64,000 nt of DNA from an uncultured Planctomycetota bacterium (GCA_963823665.1 CAWGMQ010000003.1:1120001-1184000); one strand, 5' to 3'. Positions 36,801-47,859 are shown, numbered from the stretch's first letter. Translations and numbers: made by a program. Notes: generated from the letters alone by a model not told the origin.

Positions 36801-37550
36801 TCGTACTACTTCGTGAACGGCGGTGGGTTAGATGCCTACATCTACGGCCAAGGCTGGCAATACAGCATCGAAAAGCTCAGTGGCATCACAGCCTTTGACC
36901 TGGCGTACAACAGCGTGGGGCTGTATTCGGGGTATTACTCTTACGTCGTCAGCCAGGGGGATCTCGACATCTACTCCTTTAGCACGGGGACGTGGAGTTT
37001 GAACGTAGCCAACAACGTGACGTCGTTCGCGGTGGGGCCGAATGGCTCTTCGTACTACTTCGTGGATGGCGGGACGTTAGATGCCTACATCTACGGCCAG
37101 GGCTGGCAATACGGCATCCAAAGCGGCGTGAAGTCGTTCGTCCTCGCGCCGGACAACAGCGGGTATTACTTCCTGACGACCAGCGGAGCCCTCGACTACG
37201 ACGAGGTCGGCATCGGCGTGACGACACTTGCGACGCAGGTTTCGTCGTTCTCGCTGTCCTCCGACGGCCAGTCGTTCTACGTGCTAAACAGTGGTGGCAC
37301 ACTGGAAAGCTACACCTACGGCGTAGGTTGGTCCGTGATCACGAGTGGGGTTCAATCCTTCGTCCTGGGCCCGGGAAGTTACACGATCGATATCTTGCAG
37401 AACTCGCAGAACAGCGGCGATTTGTGGCAGTACACCACGTCTGGAAAGACGCTCCTCGATCAGGGCGTTGTATCGATCTCGCTCACGAACGGCGGATACA
37501 CGCTCGATGCCTTGCTGAAGAACGGGACCGCCATGCAATTCCCGGCGTAG
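33888..37550 (+). CDS. Large secreted protein: LEPRxLL N-terminus, alpha/beta-hydrolase-like domain, PKD/Ig-like domain, beta-propeller-like tandem repeats
   Basis: EAIEERTLLS; LIGHSLGG, LDPVG; IQWGDG; 83-aa repeats. Confidence 0.85.
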   Translation: MGYLKSTKPRRTSKTDVRRTRRVRLEIEAIEERTLLSGSPAPYLLYNPEAVPVAMNSHTDVIWVSGLGGNPMPPSFEETLEEHGDTVYWSDWNNIVPYPYSNTDPGSISANWTQGASLDLGNPTNYGGMVQDLAQFINALPASDKVVLIGHSLGGAAVLATAEEAYHSIALLATLDPVGQGGFRHTLPRTVPSNVEYFYDRWQTMGMFPIDYTNPPPITSYAYGSLLRDFGIPDQQQENDSGYSHANYYEDPAILSQLTQITNAIASARGGTPATGLAVTTLTASTTGTSPTPATVAVAWFPATGPSDAASNYAATIQWGDGLPPSAGTIVSDPDGGFYVYGAHSFEPYIAEEFFVPPASFDLPFMPSMVGQWVYYKVAVRIEGPGDISYGTASQASVYDPGYYAFGNQGLVRFDEWGGAEFANLVDANAVSVTVTQAGLVSVQDANGSVHEEMEQGDTLFAGQFDQAVYDSAGNLYYLTSSGDLYRIDAKTGNDVIIGESLRSLTMSPAGLVGVNYTLAPNGTAWFVSDGELYYDDPGQAPVGIASGVTSFALAPNGQGVYLVTYGTLDADINGAWQYEIASGVTSFALAYNGVGLYSGYYSYVVSQGDLDIYSFSTGTWSWNVANNVTSFAVGPNGSSYYFVNGGGLDAYIYGQGWQYSIEKLSGITAFDLAYNGVGLYSGYYSYVVSQGDLDIYSFSTGTWSWNVANNVTSFAVGPNGSSYYFVNGGGLDAYIYGQGWQYSIEKLSGITAFGLAYNAVGLYSGYYAYVVSQGDLDIYSFSTGTWSWNVANNVTSFAVGPNGSSYYFVDGGGLDAYIYGQGWQYGIEKLSGITAFDLAYNAVGLYSGYYAYVVSQGDLDIYSFSTGTWSLNVANNVTSFAVGPNGSSYYFVNGGGLDAYIYGQGWQYGIEQLSGITAFDLAYNAVGLYSGYYAYVVSQGDLDIYSFSTGTWSLNVANNVTSFAVGPNGSSYYFVNGGGLDAYIYGQGWQYSIEKLSGITAFDLAYNSVGLYSGYYSYVVSQGDLDIYSFSTGTWSLNVANNVTSFAVGPNGSSYYFVDGGTLDAYIYGQGWQYGIQSGVKSFVLAPDNSGYYFLTTSGALDYDEVGIGVTTLATQVSSFSLSSDGQSFYVLNSGGTLESYTYGVGWSVITSGVQSFVLGPGSYTIDILQNSQNSGDLWQYTTSGKTLLDQGVVSISLTNGGYTLDALLKNGTAMQFPA
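35655..37120 (+). repeat. Intragenic tandem repeat, about 6 x 249 bp (83 aa)
   Basis: TACAAC anchor at 35661, 35910, 36159, 36408, 36657, 36906. Confidence 0.95.
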
Positions 37551-37564
37551 AACACGAGGGGGGT

Positions 37565-37710
37565 ATGCCCAATGATCAAATCCTGTCGACCTACCCATCC
37601 CTCTCGCCCCCCGACCTGGAAGCCGCCTGGGATTAGTCGCAGCCAACCGGGAAGAGATCGAGCAGGCCATCCGCGAAAACGAAGAGGGCGACGACGGCCG
37701 CGTGGAGTAA
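37565..37710 (+). pseudogene. DUF433-type antitoxin, 5'-truncated and frameshifted
   Basis: GMPNDQILSTYPSLSPPDLEAAWD / ANREEIEQAIRENEE; directly upstream of a DUF5615 gene. Confidence 0.65.
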
Positions 37711-37716
37711 CGGCGG

Positions 37717-38055
37717 ATGCTGCTCTACGCGGACGAGGACTTCGCTTTTCCCGCGGTCGAGGAACTTCGAGTACGGGGTCACGACGTGCTAACGGCTCAG
37801 GAAGACGGTCAAACGGCGATGCCGGATGCTGTCATTCTGGCCCGCGCCTTTGCGCTTGGTCGTGTCGTTTTGACTCACAATCGACGCCACTACGTACGCC
37901 TGCATCATCGAGGGGCGGCGTACGTCGGTATTCTGGCAGCATCGCAGGATTCCGATCATCTGGCCCTGGCCAGTCGGATCGGTCGTTCTGCGGACACCAT
38001 ACGCAACTGCCCCAGGAGTTCTGGTGTTCTGCATACCATCATTGACCCAGCCTAA
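37717..38055 (+). CDS. DUF5615 family PIN-like toxin
   Basis: LYADEDF..LRVRGHDV..D..ILARA..GRVVLTHN. Confidence 0.8.
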   Translation: MLLYADEDFAFPAVEELRVRGHDVLTAQEDGQTAMPDAVILARAFALGRVVLTHNRRHYVRLHHRGAAYVGILAASQDSDHLALASRIGRSADTIRNCPRSSGVLHTIIDPA

Positions 38056-38127
38056 CCGCGCAACCAAAGTTGCCCGGTTCGCGGTTGGGCATGTTTCGCC
38101 ACGGCCGGAGTCTGCTAACATCGATTC

Positions 38128-38856
38128 ATGGCGAAAGCGAAGAAGAAACAGCCTTTACGGAAGGCGTCAGAGCCTCCCAGCGAAAGGCCAGTCGAGGCCG
38201 TATCCGTCACGTCGGCAGACAAGCCGCCTCCGGCCACCGGCGAGCTCAGCAAATCGTCGGCCGCTTCTGGCCAATTAGCAACCAGAATCGAGGGAAGCCC
38301 CAACGCGGACGAAAAGCATCGATTACTATACCAAGGTGCGAGCGGTCAGATGGCCGTGATGTCCGAGTTCCTCTTCCGGCTCATCAATGTGGCGGTCCCC
38401 GAGGTGGATGTCGGGGATGACGTCTTCGTTGTCCGGGAGAAGGACGAAGCGGTTACCCGCGTTCAAGTCAAATACGCGGCGGCGGACGAACAGCAGAACG
38501 GCGAATATGTCGCACAATTCTCGCTCCCATGGAAGCAGCTCGATCGGCCGGACGACACGCCGGCTCTGGTTTACGTGCTTGCCGTCCGATACACCCAAAA
38601 ATGGACCGATTTCATCGTAGTCCGACGTTCGGTCCTGCGGCAGTTACAAGCAAAGTATGCTGTAGGGTCTATAGCCAAGAAAGACGGGGATGCGGTTGCT
38701 CTGGCGCTGCGACTCGTGTTCACGACGGAGAGCGTGAAGGGCAAAGGAAAGTTCTCGTTTCAGCCGTACCGAAACGCGTTTGATCCTTGGCCGCCACCTC
38801 AGCTATCTAACGAGGCCGAAGTATCAACGCTGGGAAAGGACGTTAGCGAGCGCTGA
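38128..38856 (+). CDS. Hypothetical protein with PD-(D/E)XK-like nuclease motif
   Basis: G.SGQMAV..E..VAVPEVDVGDDVFV..RVQVK. Confidence 0.55.
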   Translation: MAKAKKKQPLRKASEPPSERPVEAVSVTSADKPPPATGELSKSSAASGQLATRIEGSPNADEKHRLLYQGASGQMAVMSEFLFRLINVAVPEVDVGDDVFVVREKDEAVTRVQVKYAAADEQQNGEYVAQFSLPWKQLDRPDDTPALVYVLAVRYTQKWTDFIVVRRSVLRQLQAKYAVGSIAKKDGDAVALALRLVFTTESVKGKGKFSFQPYRNAFDPWPPPQLSNEAEVSTLGKDVSER

Positions 38857-38872
38857 GCGCGGACGCGTCTCC

Positions 38873-39418
38873 TCATGTCTTAAGCGGCTCGTCATGAAAT
38901 ACCCTCTTCCCGGCGGGGTCTACCACTCGGTAACCTCCCAGGCTTTCGATTTGCGGCTCGGACAGTCCAGTCAGAATCATCGCGACCTGGTCCAAAATCG
39001 GTCCGTGTGCCGTCTCGAGGTCGAATTGAGTGATCGTGGCAATGAAAAGATTCGGGGCGAGGTTGGCTCCAGGAAAGCTCTTGAGGATCAGATTTCGGCT
39101 CGTCGGGCTCAGACTGTAGTTACACCCGTCGCTGCGACAACTTACGAGGATCTCGATTGGGCCCAATGGTCCCGGTACGCCGCCATGTGGCAACGGATAC
39201 ACTTGCCACCTGTCATTCTCGGTATCGCGCCTGAGCTCGGCCGCAAACTTCTTGGCTGCTGATTCCTTATCCCAAGCGTAAAGCCACCTCTTTTTTGTCA
39301 CCGGGTCCGCGACTCGTTGGGCGTTGGCAACATTGACGCCGTTTTTCTCCAAGAGGCGAATGTACGCTTCGAACTCGAAGTCACGAGCGCCACCCGGAAG
39401 ACTGACGGTGAAAACCAT
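38873..39418 (-). CDS. Hypothetical protein
   Basis: Intact 181-aa ORF with GGAG RBS and protein-like composition. Confidence 0.65.
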   Translation of the reverse strand: MVFTVSLPGGARDFEFEAYIRLLEKNGVNVANAQRVADPVTKKRWLYAWDKESAAKKFAAELRRDTENDRWQVYPLPHGGVPGPLGPIEILVSCRSDGCNYSLSPTSRNLILKSFPGANLAPNLFIATITQFDLETAHGPILDQVAMILTGLSEPQIESLGGYRVVDPAGKRVFHDEPLKT

Positions 39419-39923
39419 GACATCATTCTCCGGGCCTACAGGTCGTACGATTGGCGATGACTGCTGTTCCAGATATTATACAGCGAGTTGACTCGGCATT
39501 CAGCCTCGTCGCCGCGATTGTGCGTTGAGCCGCGAACGTGTCCGAACGGAAGGTTCCGAGCTTCGGTGGACACCATAATGATCTGCACTCCGCCTGGCCC
39601 CGGGCCGCATCATGACCATCACCCTTCTTGAGTCCTTCGCATTGCCAATTGGCGCGGGCGAGAGTGGACTCGGGTTCCCGGGCACACCATGCCGACCTCC
39701 AACTTCGCCTGGCTCCAGGCCGCGCCATGGCGATCATCCTAGACCGGCGGGACAGCCAATCGGCACCGCCGAGAGTCGGCCCGAAGAGGTCCCGATCGCC
39801 GGGCTGCGATTCGAGAAGTAGGGCCGCAGGGCGTGGTTCGCGAAGGTCGACGCGGGCGAGCCCTGCTGGCTTTCACGGACTGGCGAACAACGAATCCGGC
39901 CGTGATTCGCCTCGAGCAACGAA

Positions 39924-39993
39924 TACCGAAGGTGGGACTTGGACCCACACCCCCATTACAGGGACCGGATTTTGAGTCCGGCGCGTCTGCCAT
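39924..39993 (-). pseudogene. tRNA-Leu(CAA) 3' fragment #1 (att-like site)
   Basis: ATGGCAGACGCGCCGGACTCAAAATCCGGT, long variable arm, GGGTCCAAGTCCCACCTTCGGTA; no 5' acceptor or 5' D-stem strand. Confidence 0.88.
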
Positions 39994-40139
39994 CTGCCTG
40001 ACGTTGGGCTGATGTTGATTTGACGTTGATTTCTGGGATTTTGCCGGGGTCTACGTTAGCCCGCGGCCGTCGATCGCATTGTAGTCGCGTTGGGCCGACA
40101 TGCGCAATGTATGCAGAAGAATTGCAGAAAACCCGCACC

Positions 40140-40375
40140 GTCCGCTTGTTTCGCGATGGCCAGGCCGCGATCTCAGCCGAGTTGTCGGGCATCATCGATC
40201 GACTGGGTAGTAGTGCCGAAAGTTGGTGGTCGCGGATCGAGAAGCTGAGCAACGAGCGCCTGCTCGGCTGCTTCTTTGCGGCGAGGCGGGAACGCTTGCG
40301 CGAGGCGGCGCGTGGCCTCGGCGTTCATCATCTGGCAAACCTAGGCGGATGTCCGGCACGACAGAGCGCAGCCGA
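40140..40375 (+). pseudogene. Probable C-terminal remnant of a Planctomycete transposase (RAYT/Y1-like)
   Basis: RLFRDGQAAISAEL..DRLG..RERLREAARGLGVHHLANLGGCPA; no N-terminus; assignment from recall only. Confidence 0.4.
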
Positions 40376-43300
40376 TCATTCGGGGCTGATCTTTTTTCCG
40401 CCCGCCGAGATGCTGAAAACGTGATTGCCCGAAAGCACAGCGCCCGATAGGCCGGTGACGCCTGCGGGAGATCCACCGACCACGGTAATCTGGCCTCCGG
40501 TCCGCAAGGTCTGCTTGCCGGCAAACTTCAGTGTGACCGAGTCGTTCGCTGCGCTGTACTTGACCGAAAAACTCGTGATCGGGTGAAGAATGTGCCGGGT
40601 CTGCTTCTTGACCCGCTTGGTGGTGATGGACTCGACTTGATAATCGTCGGGGTTTGCCGCATCCGAGGAACTGAGCGCCGCACTGAAGTCGAACACGAAT
40701 CCGCTCAAGACCGCCTTTCCGATTGGCTTGCCTTTCTTGTTGGTTTTGCGGTGGAAGATCGCTTGTTCGCCGATGATCATAAGCGGGTTAGGAGGTGGTG
40801 TCGTCGCGCTCACGTTGAGGGTGCCGCTGGCGCTATTGCCCGCGTAGGTCGACTCACCGGCGAAACTGGCACCCACACGCCCGAGTAAATGCCGGCATTG
40901 AGGCCGGCCAGGCTCACGCCCGAGAGCGTCGCGACCCCGTTCGTGCCGGTCGTCGCCGTGCCGACGGTCGTGACCGTCCCATCCTCGTTCAGGGTGAAAG
41001 CGATCGTCTTGCCGGCGAGCGGCGAGCCGTTCGCGGTCAGCGTGCACGTCAATGTTGCAGTGCCGCCCAAGGTTCCGCTGCCGGAGACGGCCGAAAGGTT
41101 CGTGGCCTGGCCCACGGAGCTGAAATAGCTGAACTGGTACGACGACGAGGTGGGCGACGTCCCGGCGGGCGTCACCACGGTCACGTCCACCGTGCCGGTA
41201 CCAGCGGGGCTCGCGAGCGTGATCTCGGTGGCCGTATCGTTCGTGAATGTGTGGACCTGCATCGACCCGAAATCGACGGCCGATGCGCCGGCCAAGTTGG
41301 TGCCTGTGATCGTGACCGTTGTGCCACCGGTGGTCGGTCCAGTCGCCGGAGCAATCCCTGTCACAGCCGGCGGCCCGGTCGCGGCGACATAGCTGAACTG
41401 GTAGGCCGATGAGGTGGGCGACGTGCCGGCCGGCGTCATCACGGTCACGTCCACGGTGCCGGTACCAGCGGGGCTCGAAAGCGTGATCTCGGTGGCCGTA
41501 TCGTTCGTGAATGTGTGGACCTGAATCGAGCCGAAATTGACGGCCGAGGCGCCGGCCAGGTTGGTGCCCGTGATCGTCACCGTTGTGCCACCGGTGGTCG
41601 GTCCTGTCGCCGGTGCAACCCCTGTTACAGTCGGAGGCCCGGTCATGGTGACATAGCTGAACTGGTAGGCAGATGAGATGGGCGACGTACCCTCAGGCGT
41701 CACCACGGTCACGTCCACCACGCCGGTACCAGGCGGGCTCGTGAGCGTGATCTCGGTGGCCGTATCGCTCGTGAATGCGTGGACCTGCATCGAGCCGAAA
41801 TTGACGGCCGAGGCGCCGGTGAGGTTGGTGCCTGTTATCGTCACCGTCGTGCCGCCCGTGCTTGGTCCCGTCGCCGGTGCGAGCCCTGTCACAGCCGGAG
41901 GCCCGATCGCGGCGACATAGCTGAACTCGTAGGCCGACGAGGCGGCCGATGTACCGTCCGGCGTCATCACGGTCACGTCAACCGTCCCACTACCAGCGGG
42001 GCTCGCGAGCGTGATCTCGGTGGCTGTATCGCTGGAAAAGGTGTTGACCTGCATCGACCCGAAATTGACGGCCGAAACGCCGGCCAAGTTGTTGCCTGTA
42101 ATCGTCACCGTTGTGCCACCGGTGGTCGGTCCTGTTGCCGGTGAAACGCCAGTCACAGCCGGAGGCCCGGTCGCGGTGACATAGCTGAACTGGTCGGCCG
42201 ACGACATGACCGAGACACCGGCCGGTGTCACGACGGTCACGTCCACCATGCCCGTACCACCGGGGCTTGGGACCGTGATCGTGGTACTATTGACCACCGT
42301 GACGCCCGTCGCCTGCATCATGCCGAAGTCGACCACCGTACCGTCGGTGAATCCGGTACCGGTGATCGTCACCGTTGTGCCGCCCGGGGCCGGTCCCGTT
42401 GACGGGCTGACGCCCGTGACGACCGGCAGCACCGCGGTGAGCACGACCGCCTCGCCGCCGTCGGCTTGATAAGAAATGGCGAACTGGCTGCCGTCGGCCG
42501 CCGTGACCACGCTGCCCTGGGGCAAGCCGTTGAAGACGCCAGTGACGCCGCTCCCGCTTTGCACGATCGTGAAGGTGGTGCCCGCGGCGATCGCGGTGCT
42601 TGGAACGACCTGAAGTATCGCATCGTTCAGGTCGATCGATCCACTGACCACGAGCTGCGAATAAGTGCCGGCCGTGATTCCGTCGCCCGGTGTGGTCCCA
42701 TTGATCGAAACGCCCAGCGTGCTGCCCGAGGGCAGAGTGAACGCGCTGGCCGTGACGCCCAGCAGGGTGACCGACCCGCGGCTGTTGTTGGTCTTGTCGG
42801 TGCTCTGTTCGAGGTCGAGCACCAGCGACCCCGAGCCGGTGTCGAGTGTGGCGCCCGAGGTCATCGTGATGTCGGCGTCTCCGGGGTCGCGCTCGCTGTT
42901 GACGACGCCGTCGGCGACGGAGTCGTTGGCGATAAGCGATAGGTTTCCATTCGCGGTGTTGATACCCGCATTGATTAAGATGCTGCGGCCAGTCTCCAGA
43001 GTCAGGTTGCCGGGGGTGCTGGTGGGTGTCACGGTGATCGGGCTGTCGATCGTGATGTCGTCGTTGGACTGGATCGTGACGTTGGTTCCGGCGTTCAGGT
43101 CGCGGGTCAGGAAGCTCGGGGCGACGGTGATGGTCTGGCCCTCGCCGAGCGCGTAGGTCAGCTCGTTCGGGTCGGTAATGGCAACCGTGGCGCCGGCAAT
43201 GAACGAATTCCCTGACGAAAGGGGCTGAATGGCTGCGCCCAGGAAACCGCCGGTGAATGTGTTTTGGGGGTCGGGCGTTTTCTGGCCGTCGATGGACGCG

Positions 43301-46300
43301 CCGTTGGAACCATCGAACCACGTGTTGACGTCTAGGTTGCCAGGGGCGTCCCAGAACACGTAATTACCGTTGGGAAGGACGACGACTCCGGCGGCGCCGG
43401 TGTACATCACGAGGGGGATGTCGGTGAAGCTGTTTGCGCTCGAGGCGGTGCCAAGCGTCTCTGTGGTCCCGTTGAACCACGTCACCGCTCCCGTGCTCTG
43501 GTTCCACAACGGACTGATCACGACGTAATCGCCGTTGGCGAGCGCGGTGATTCCTCCGACGATTTCGGGCCCGTCCTCGTTCACGGTGCCGCCGCCGATC
43601 TCGTCCCCGGCAGTTGGACCCACGCTCGCTGTGCTGCCGACGAAGCTGTTCGCGCTGGAGACGGAGCCGTCAACCCCCGCAGTGCCGTCACCCCAAGTCA
43701 CGGCCCCTGCCTGGAAGCCCCATTGCGGACTGTCGACGACGTAATTGCCGTTGGAAAGCGCAGTCACACCTTGGCTGCCCACGCTGTCAGCGAAGTACGT
43801 GCCAACCAGGCTGTTGGCGGCTGAGACGGTGCCTACGGACCCCGTCGTTCCGTTTCCCCAGGTCACCGCCCCTGTGTCACTACTCCACCCCGGGCTGTCG
43901 ACGACGTAGTTGCCGTTCGTCAGTGCCGTGATGCCACCGCCGCTGATCGAATCGCTCAAGAGGTCTACTTTGTTTTGCGGATTGCTCCCGACCAGGCTAT
44001 TGGTGCTGGAAACCGTGCCCCTGGTTCCTGTCGTGCCGTTGCCCCAGGTTGCCGCTCCAATATCGCTGTTCCAATCGGGGCTGGCCACGACGTAGTTGCC
44101 GTTGGGCAGGGCCGTGATACCGCCGCCGCCCACCTGATCGCTCTGGTTGGAGCCTACCACGCTGTTGGCAGCGGAGACGACGCCGACGGTTCCTGTCGTC
44201 CCATTCCCCCAGGTCACCGCTCCCGCGCTGAAAATGATCGGTTCCGTGCCGACATTCCATTCGGGGCTGTCCACGACATAGTTGCCATTGGTAAGGGCCG
44301 TGACGCCGCCGTTGACTCCGGAGCCAACGGCGCCGCCGACGGGGCTGCTGGTGCCCACCAGGCTGTTGGTGGCGGAGATGGTGCCGACGACACCTGTTGT
44401 CCCGCTCCCCCACGTCGCCGCACCGGCACCGTTGTTCCAGTTCGGGCTGACCACGACGTAATTGCCGTTCGTGAGAGCGGTGACCTGATACCCGACATCG
44501 TCTTCCTCGTTGGTGCCCACGAGGCTATTGACAGCGGAGACGACGCCAGTGACGCCCGCCGTGCCGCTGCCCCAGGCCGCCATGCCCGTGCCGTCATTCG
44601 AGTCGACGTCGGATACGACGTAATTACCGTCCTCGAGAGGCGTCACCTTTTCGTCATCGCCGGTATCGTCGAACTCGATGAGGCTGTTGGCCGGCGAGAT
44701 CGTGCCAGCACTACCGGTCGTCCCGTTTCCCCACGTCACCGCGCCCTCCAAGTTGCTCCAGTCCGGGCTGGAAACGACGTAATTGCCGTTAGCCAGAGCC
44801 GTGACGCCGCCAGTGCCCACGCGGTCGTAAGCGTTGCTGCCGATCAAGCAGTTGGCGGCTGAGGCGGTGCCGGTGGTTCCTGTCGTCCCGTTCCCCCACG
44901 CCACTCCCCCGGCTCCGACATCCCAGTATGGGTCATCCACGACGTAGTTGCCGTTCGTGAGGGGAGTGATCGGGATCGCGCCGGGTTGTCCTCCGGGAAA
45001 GACAAAACTGTTGGCGGCCGATACGGTGCCGCTGACGCCAGTTATCCCGCTCCCCCAGGTCGCCGAGCCGGTGCCGGTCGCCACGAAATTGCCGTTGGTC
45101 AAGAGAGTGACCGTGGAGGCCCCATCGAGAACACTAATCAGAGCCCCGGTCTCACCGTTGTAGAGCGAGACCGTGTTCGCAAACGGGTCGGCACCGACGA
45201 TGTTGCCGGTGCTGAGCGTGAAGAATTGGTCGTCTGAGCCCGAGAGGTTGAACTGCGGAAACACGCCGTTGGTGGCGCTGACGACCAGTGCGCCCGGCGT
45301 CGTGTTGACCGTCAACGTGGCCGGCGCCGTGGTCGCGGTACCGGACGAGTTGGTGAAAACGGCGCGGTATTCATCGCCGTTCTCGGCCGCGGTGGTGTTG
45401 AACGTCAACGTAGTGGATGTGGCACCGGCAACATTACTGAACGTGGTACCCGCGTCGGTGCTGACCTGCCACTGGACGGTCGGGGACGGCGTGCCTGCGC
45501 CAGAGGCCACGAACGTTACGGGGTTTCCGGCGCTTACGACCTGACTTACGGGGTTGGTCGTTACCTCGACGTAGTTGCCGGCCACGACGGTGAGGGTTCC
45601 TGAGCCGCTGCTGCCGGAATACACCGTGTTGCCGGCGTAGCTGGCGCTCACGAAATTCGCGAACGTGCCAACGTGAAAGCCGGCAAGGGCCACAGTGCTC
45701 AAGACAGCGGTTCCGCTTGCGTTGGTCACCGAGCTGCCCACGGTCGTCGGGTTGCCGTTCTCAATCAACGTGAACTTGAGCGTCTGCCCTGCAAGACTCA
45801 CGCCGCCGGTGGTCAGGCTCGCCGTCAGGGTGCCGGCGCTGCCGGAGGTCCCCTCGCCCGAGACGGCCGAGACGGTTGTCCCCAAGAGAACGATGGTTCC
45901 GATCGTGATGGTCGCTGGGTCCTCAGTGCTGCTTGGCGCGAAATCAGGATCGTCGGGGGTGTAATCAGCGCTGATGGCATGCATCCCGAGTGAGAGCATT
46001 GCGTCTCTCGTCGTCGCCGCGCCGTCGACGAGCGCAACCGGGTCGCCGTATGGATCGCCATCAACGGAGAACTGGATCGTGCCGGTCGGAGTTGCCGGAC
46101 TTGCACTTTGGCTGGTGTTGGCCACCGTGGCTGTAAACGTGACACTTTGACCGAGGCCCGCGACAACTCCGGGTTGGGTGGTGACGGTGGTGGCAGTCGC
46201 GTCGGCCTGCACGACAAGAGTCGCAGGTTCCTGAGAGCTGCTCGGCGCGAAGTCTGGGCTGTCCGGCGTGTAGGCAGCCGTGATCGAATGCGACCCCACG

Positions 46301-47319
46301 GGAAGATCTGCGTCATCGATGGTGGCCATGCCATCGTCCAGGTCCGCCTGAGCGCCATACGAATTGCCATCGACGAAAAATTGCACCGTCCCGGTCGGGG
46401 CCGGCGGATTCGTGTCGCCGCTGATGTCGTCCACCGCGGCCTCGAAGGTCACGTCCTGACCGAAGTCCGCGTCGCTGTCCGGGGTCGTAGTAACGGTAGT
46501 GGACGTCGGGTCCGGTGGCGCAATGCTCGCGTCCAGATTGGCATCAACGAGCCACCCAGCGTTACTGATGCCGGCGGGGGCTGGAGGCGCTGGCGTTTGG
46601 CCGGCGAGGTTCTCCGAGAACGTGAGCGTGAACGTGTCGCCGATCCGAGCATGGAGCGTCCCCATCTCGTTGTCCGTGGGTCCCGGCCCGACCGGTCTGA
46701 TGATCCCGATGCCGCCCAGTTGGTCCGTCTTGGATGCCAGCGATGTGGTGACGCCGTTATACGTGTAGCTCGCCGAGTACGTGAAGCTGGCCGTCGCGTT
46801 GTTGGACGCGAACGTCTCCACGTTGAAGGAGAAGGCGAATTCCACGTTGACCGCGGCGCCAGCCCGCTCACCGGGATTCGTGGCGACGATCGTGATGGGA
46901 ACGGCGGCGCCGATATTACCGTTCGTGTCGGCCAGGCCCGTGTTCACCGCGACGCTCGCGATGCCGTTTTTGGGCACGCTTCCCTGGGACAGAATGTCGA
47001 GGTTGACACCCGGATTGTCCGTGGTCGACGCTGCGCTCGTCAGCGTGACGTTTGATACCGCCGTGCCGTCGTTATGCGAGAACTTTTGAGTAGCCGGCGT
47101 GTTCAGATTGGACAGCTCATTCTCGGCTTGGACGACCGAATCGAGCGTCGACTGCTCGGCGAGCGCACCCGAGAATTGCAGCGTCGCAAGCAGCGTCCGA
47201 TCTTCCAGCGATTCGATGCGGGGCACTCGCGTGCGACGGAACCGCGCCGAGCAACCCGCGGTCTGGTTCCGATGCATGCGGCCCCTGCCCGTGTGATGTG
47301 CAAAAGTCTTCATCGACAT
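40376..47319 (-). CDS. Giant secreted adhesin-like protein (about 2300 aa): LEPRxLL signal, Ig-like domains, DUF5650-like repeats, 5 IPT/TIG domains, basic C-terminal domain; frameshift near 40880
   Basis: IESLEDRTLLA; TGTVQF.VDG Ig-like units; VTALTNGNYVV.SP.W..GAVTWG repeats; P.VTG..P.TGP..GGTTVTITG units. Confidence 0.88.
41120..42430 (-). repeat. Intragenic 264-bp (88 aa) IPT/TIG tandem repeat x5
   Basis: ATAGCTGAAC anchor at 41125, 41389, 41653, 41917, 42181. Confidence 0.92.
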
Positions 47320-47859
47320 GACCGCACCTCGTGGTGAAGCGCTCAGCGGGTCTCACGGCTGCGACGAAAGGCGGAAAGCTCGGTGCGAGAGCGCACCGCG
47401 AGCGCGAACTCAGCATCTCTCGACAAAGAGACGTTCGTTCGCCGGAAAACTCACGCGAGGTTCGGAAAACTCTCTTTATCGACCTGCAGACGCGCTAGAA
47501 AAGCCGTCCGGCCATCTCGGCCCGATTGAACGCCAAAACAGGCCAAGGAGCGAATCGCCGCTTCCAGCACCGGACATTGTTGCCGTTCTAAGGTGTCGGC
47601 CAAGACAACAACAGTTCATGGTACAACATGCCACTCGATCACGGCAACACGCTGGTTCTGGATTTTGGCGACTGGCCAAGGCGTATGCGGTGGGTGATGT
47701 AGGGGCCGACGATCACGCGGTATGCCCCCTCGCTCATCCCTTCTGCGAACAGCAGGGCATGCAATGTAAGATCGAAACGTCGCACCGACTTGGAGTCTTC
47801 TTTCGTAGGATCTCTGCGCGGGGCGTGCGTCCGCGATCGCCCGACGGAGGCGGCTCCTA

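Noticed and set aside
35655..37120. DGR template/variable repeat pair
   Set aside because: The repeats are tandem and in frame, differences are not adenine-specific, and there is no reverse transcriptase in the window
39687..39730. MPTSNFAWLQ resembling a type I restriction subunit N-terminus
   Set aside because: Too short; nothing downstream supports it
47484..47500. GCAGACGCGCTAGA resembling a tRNA-Leu D-arm
   Set aside because: No anticodon arm or T-arm follows; likely chance
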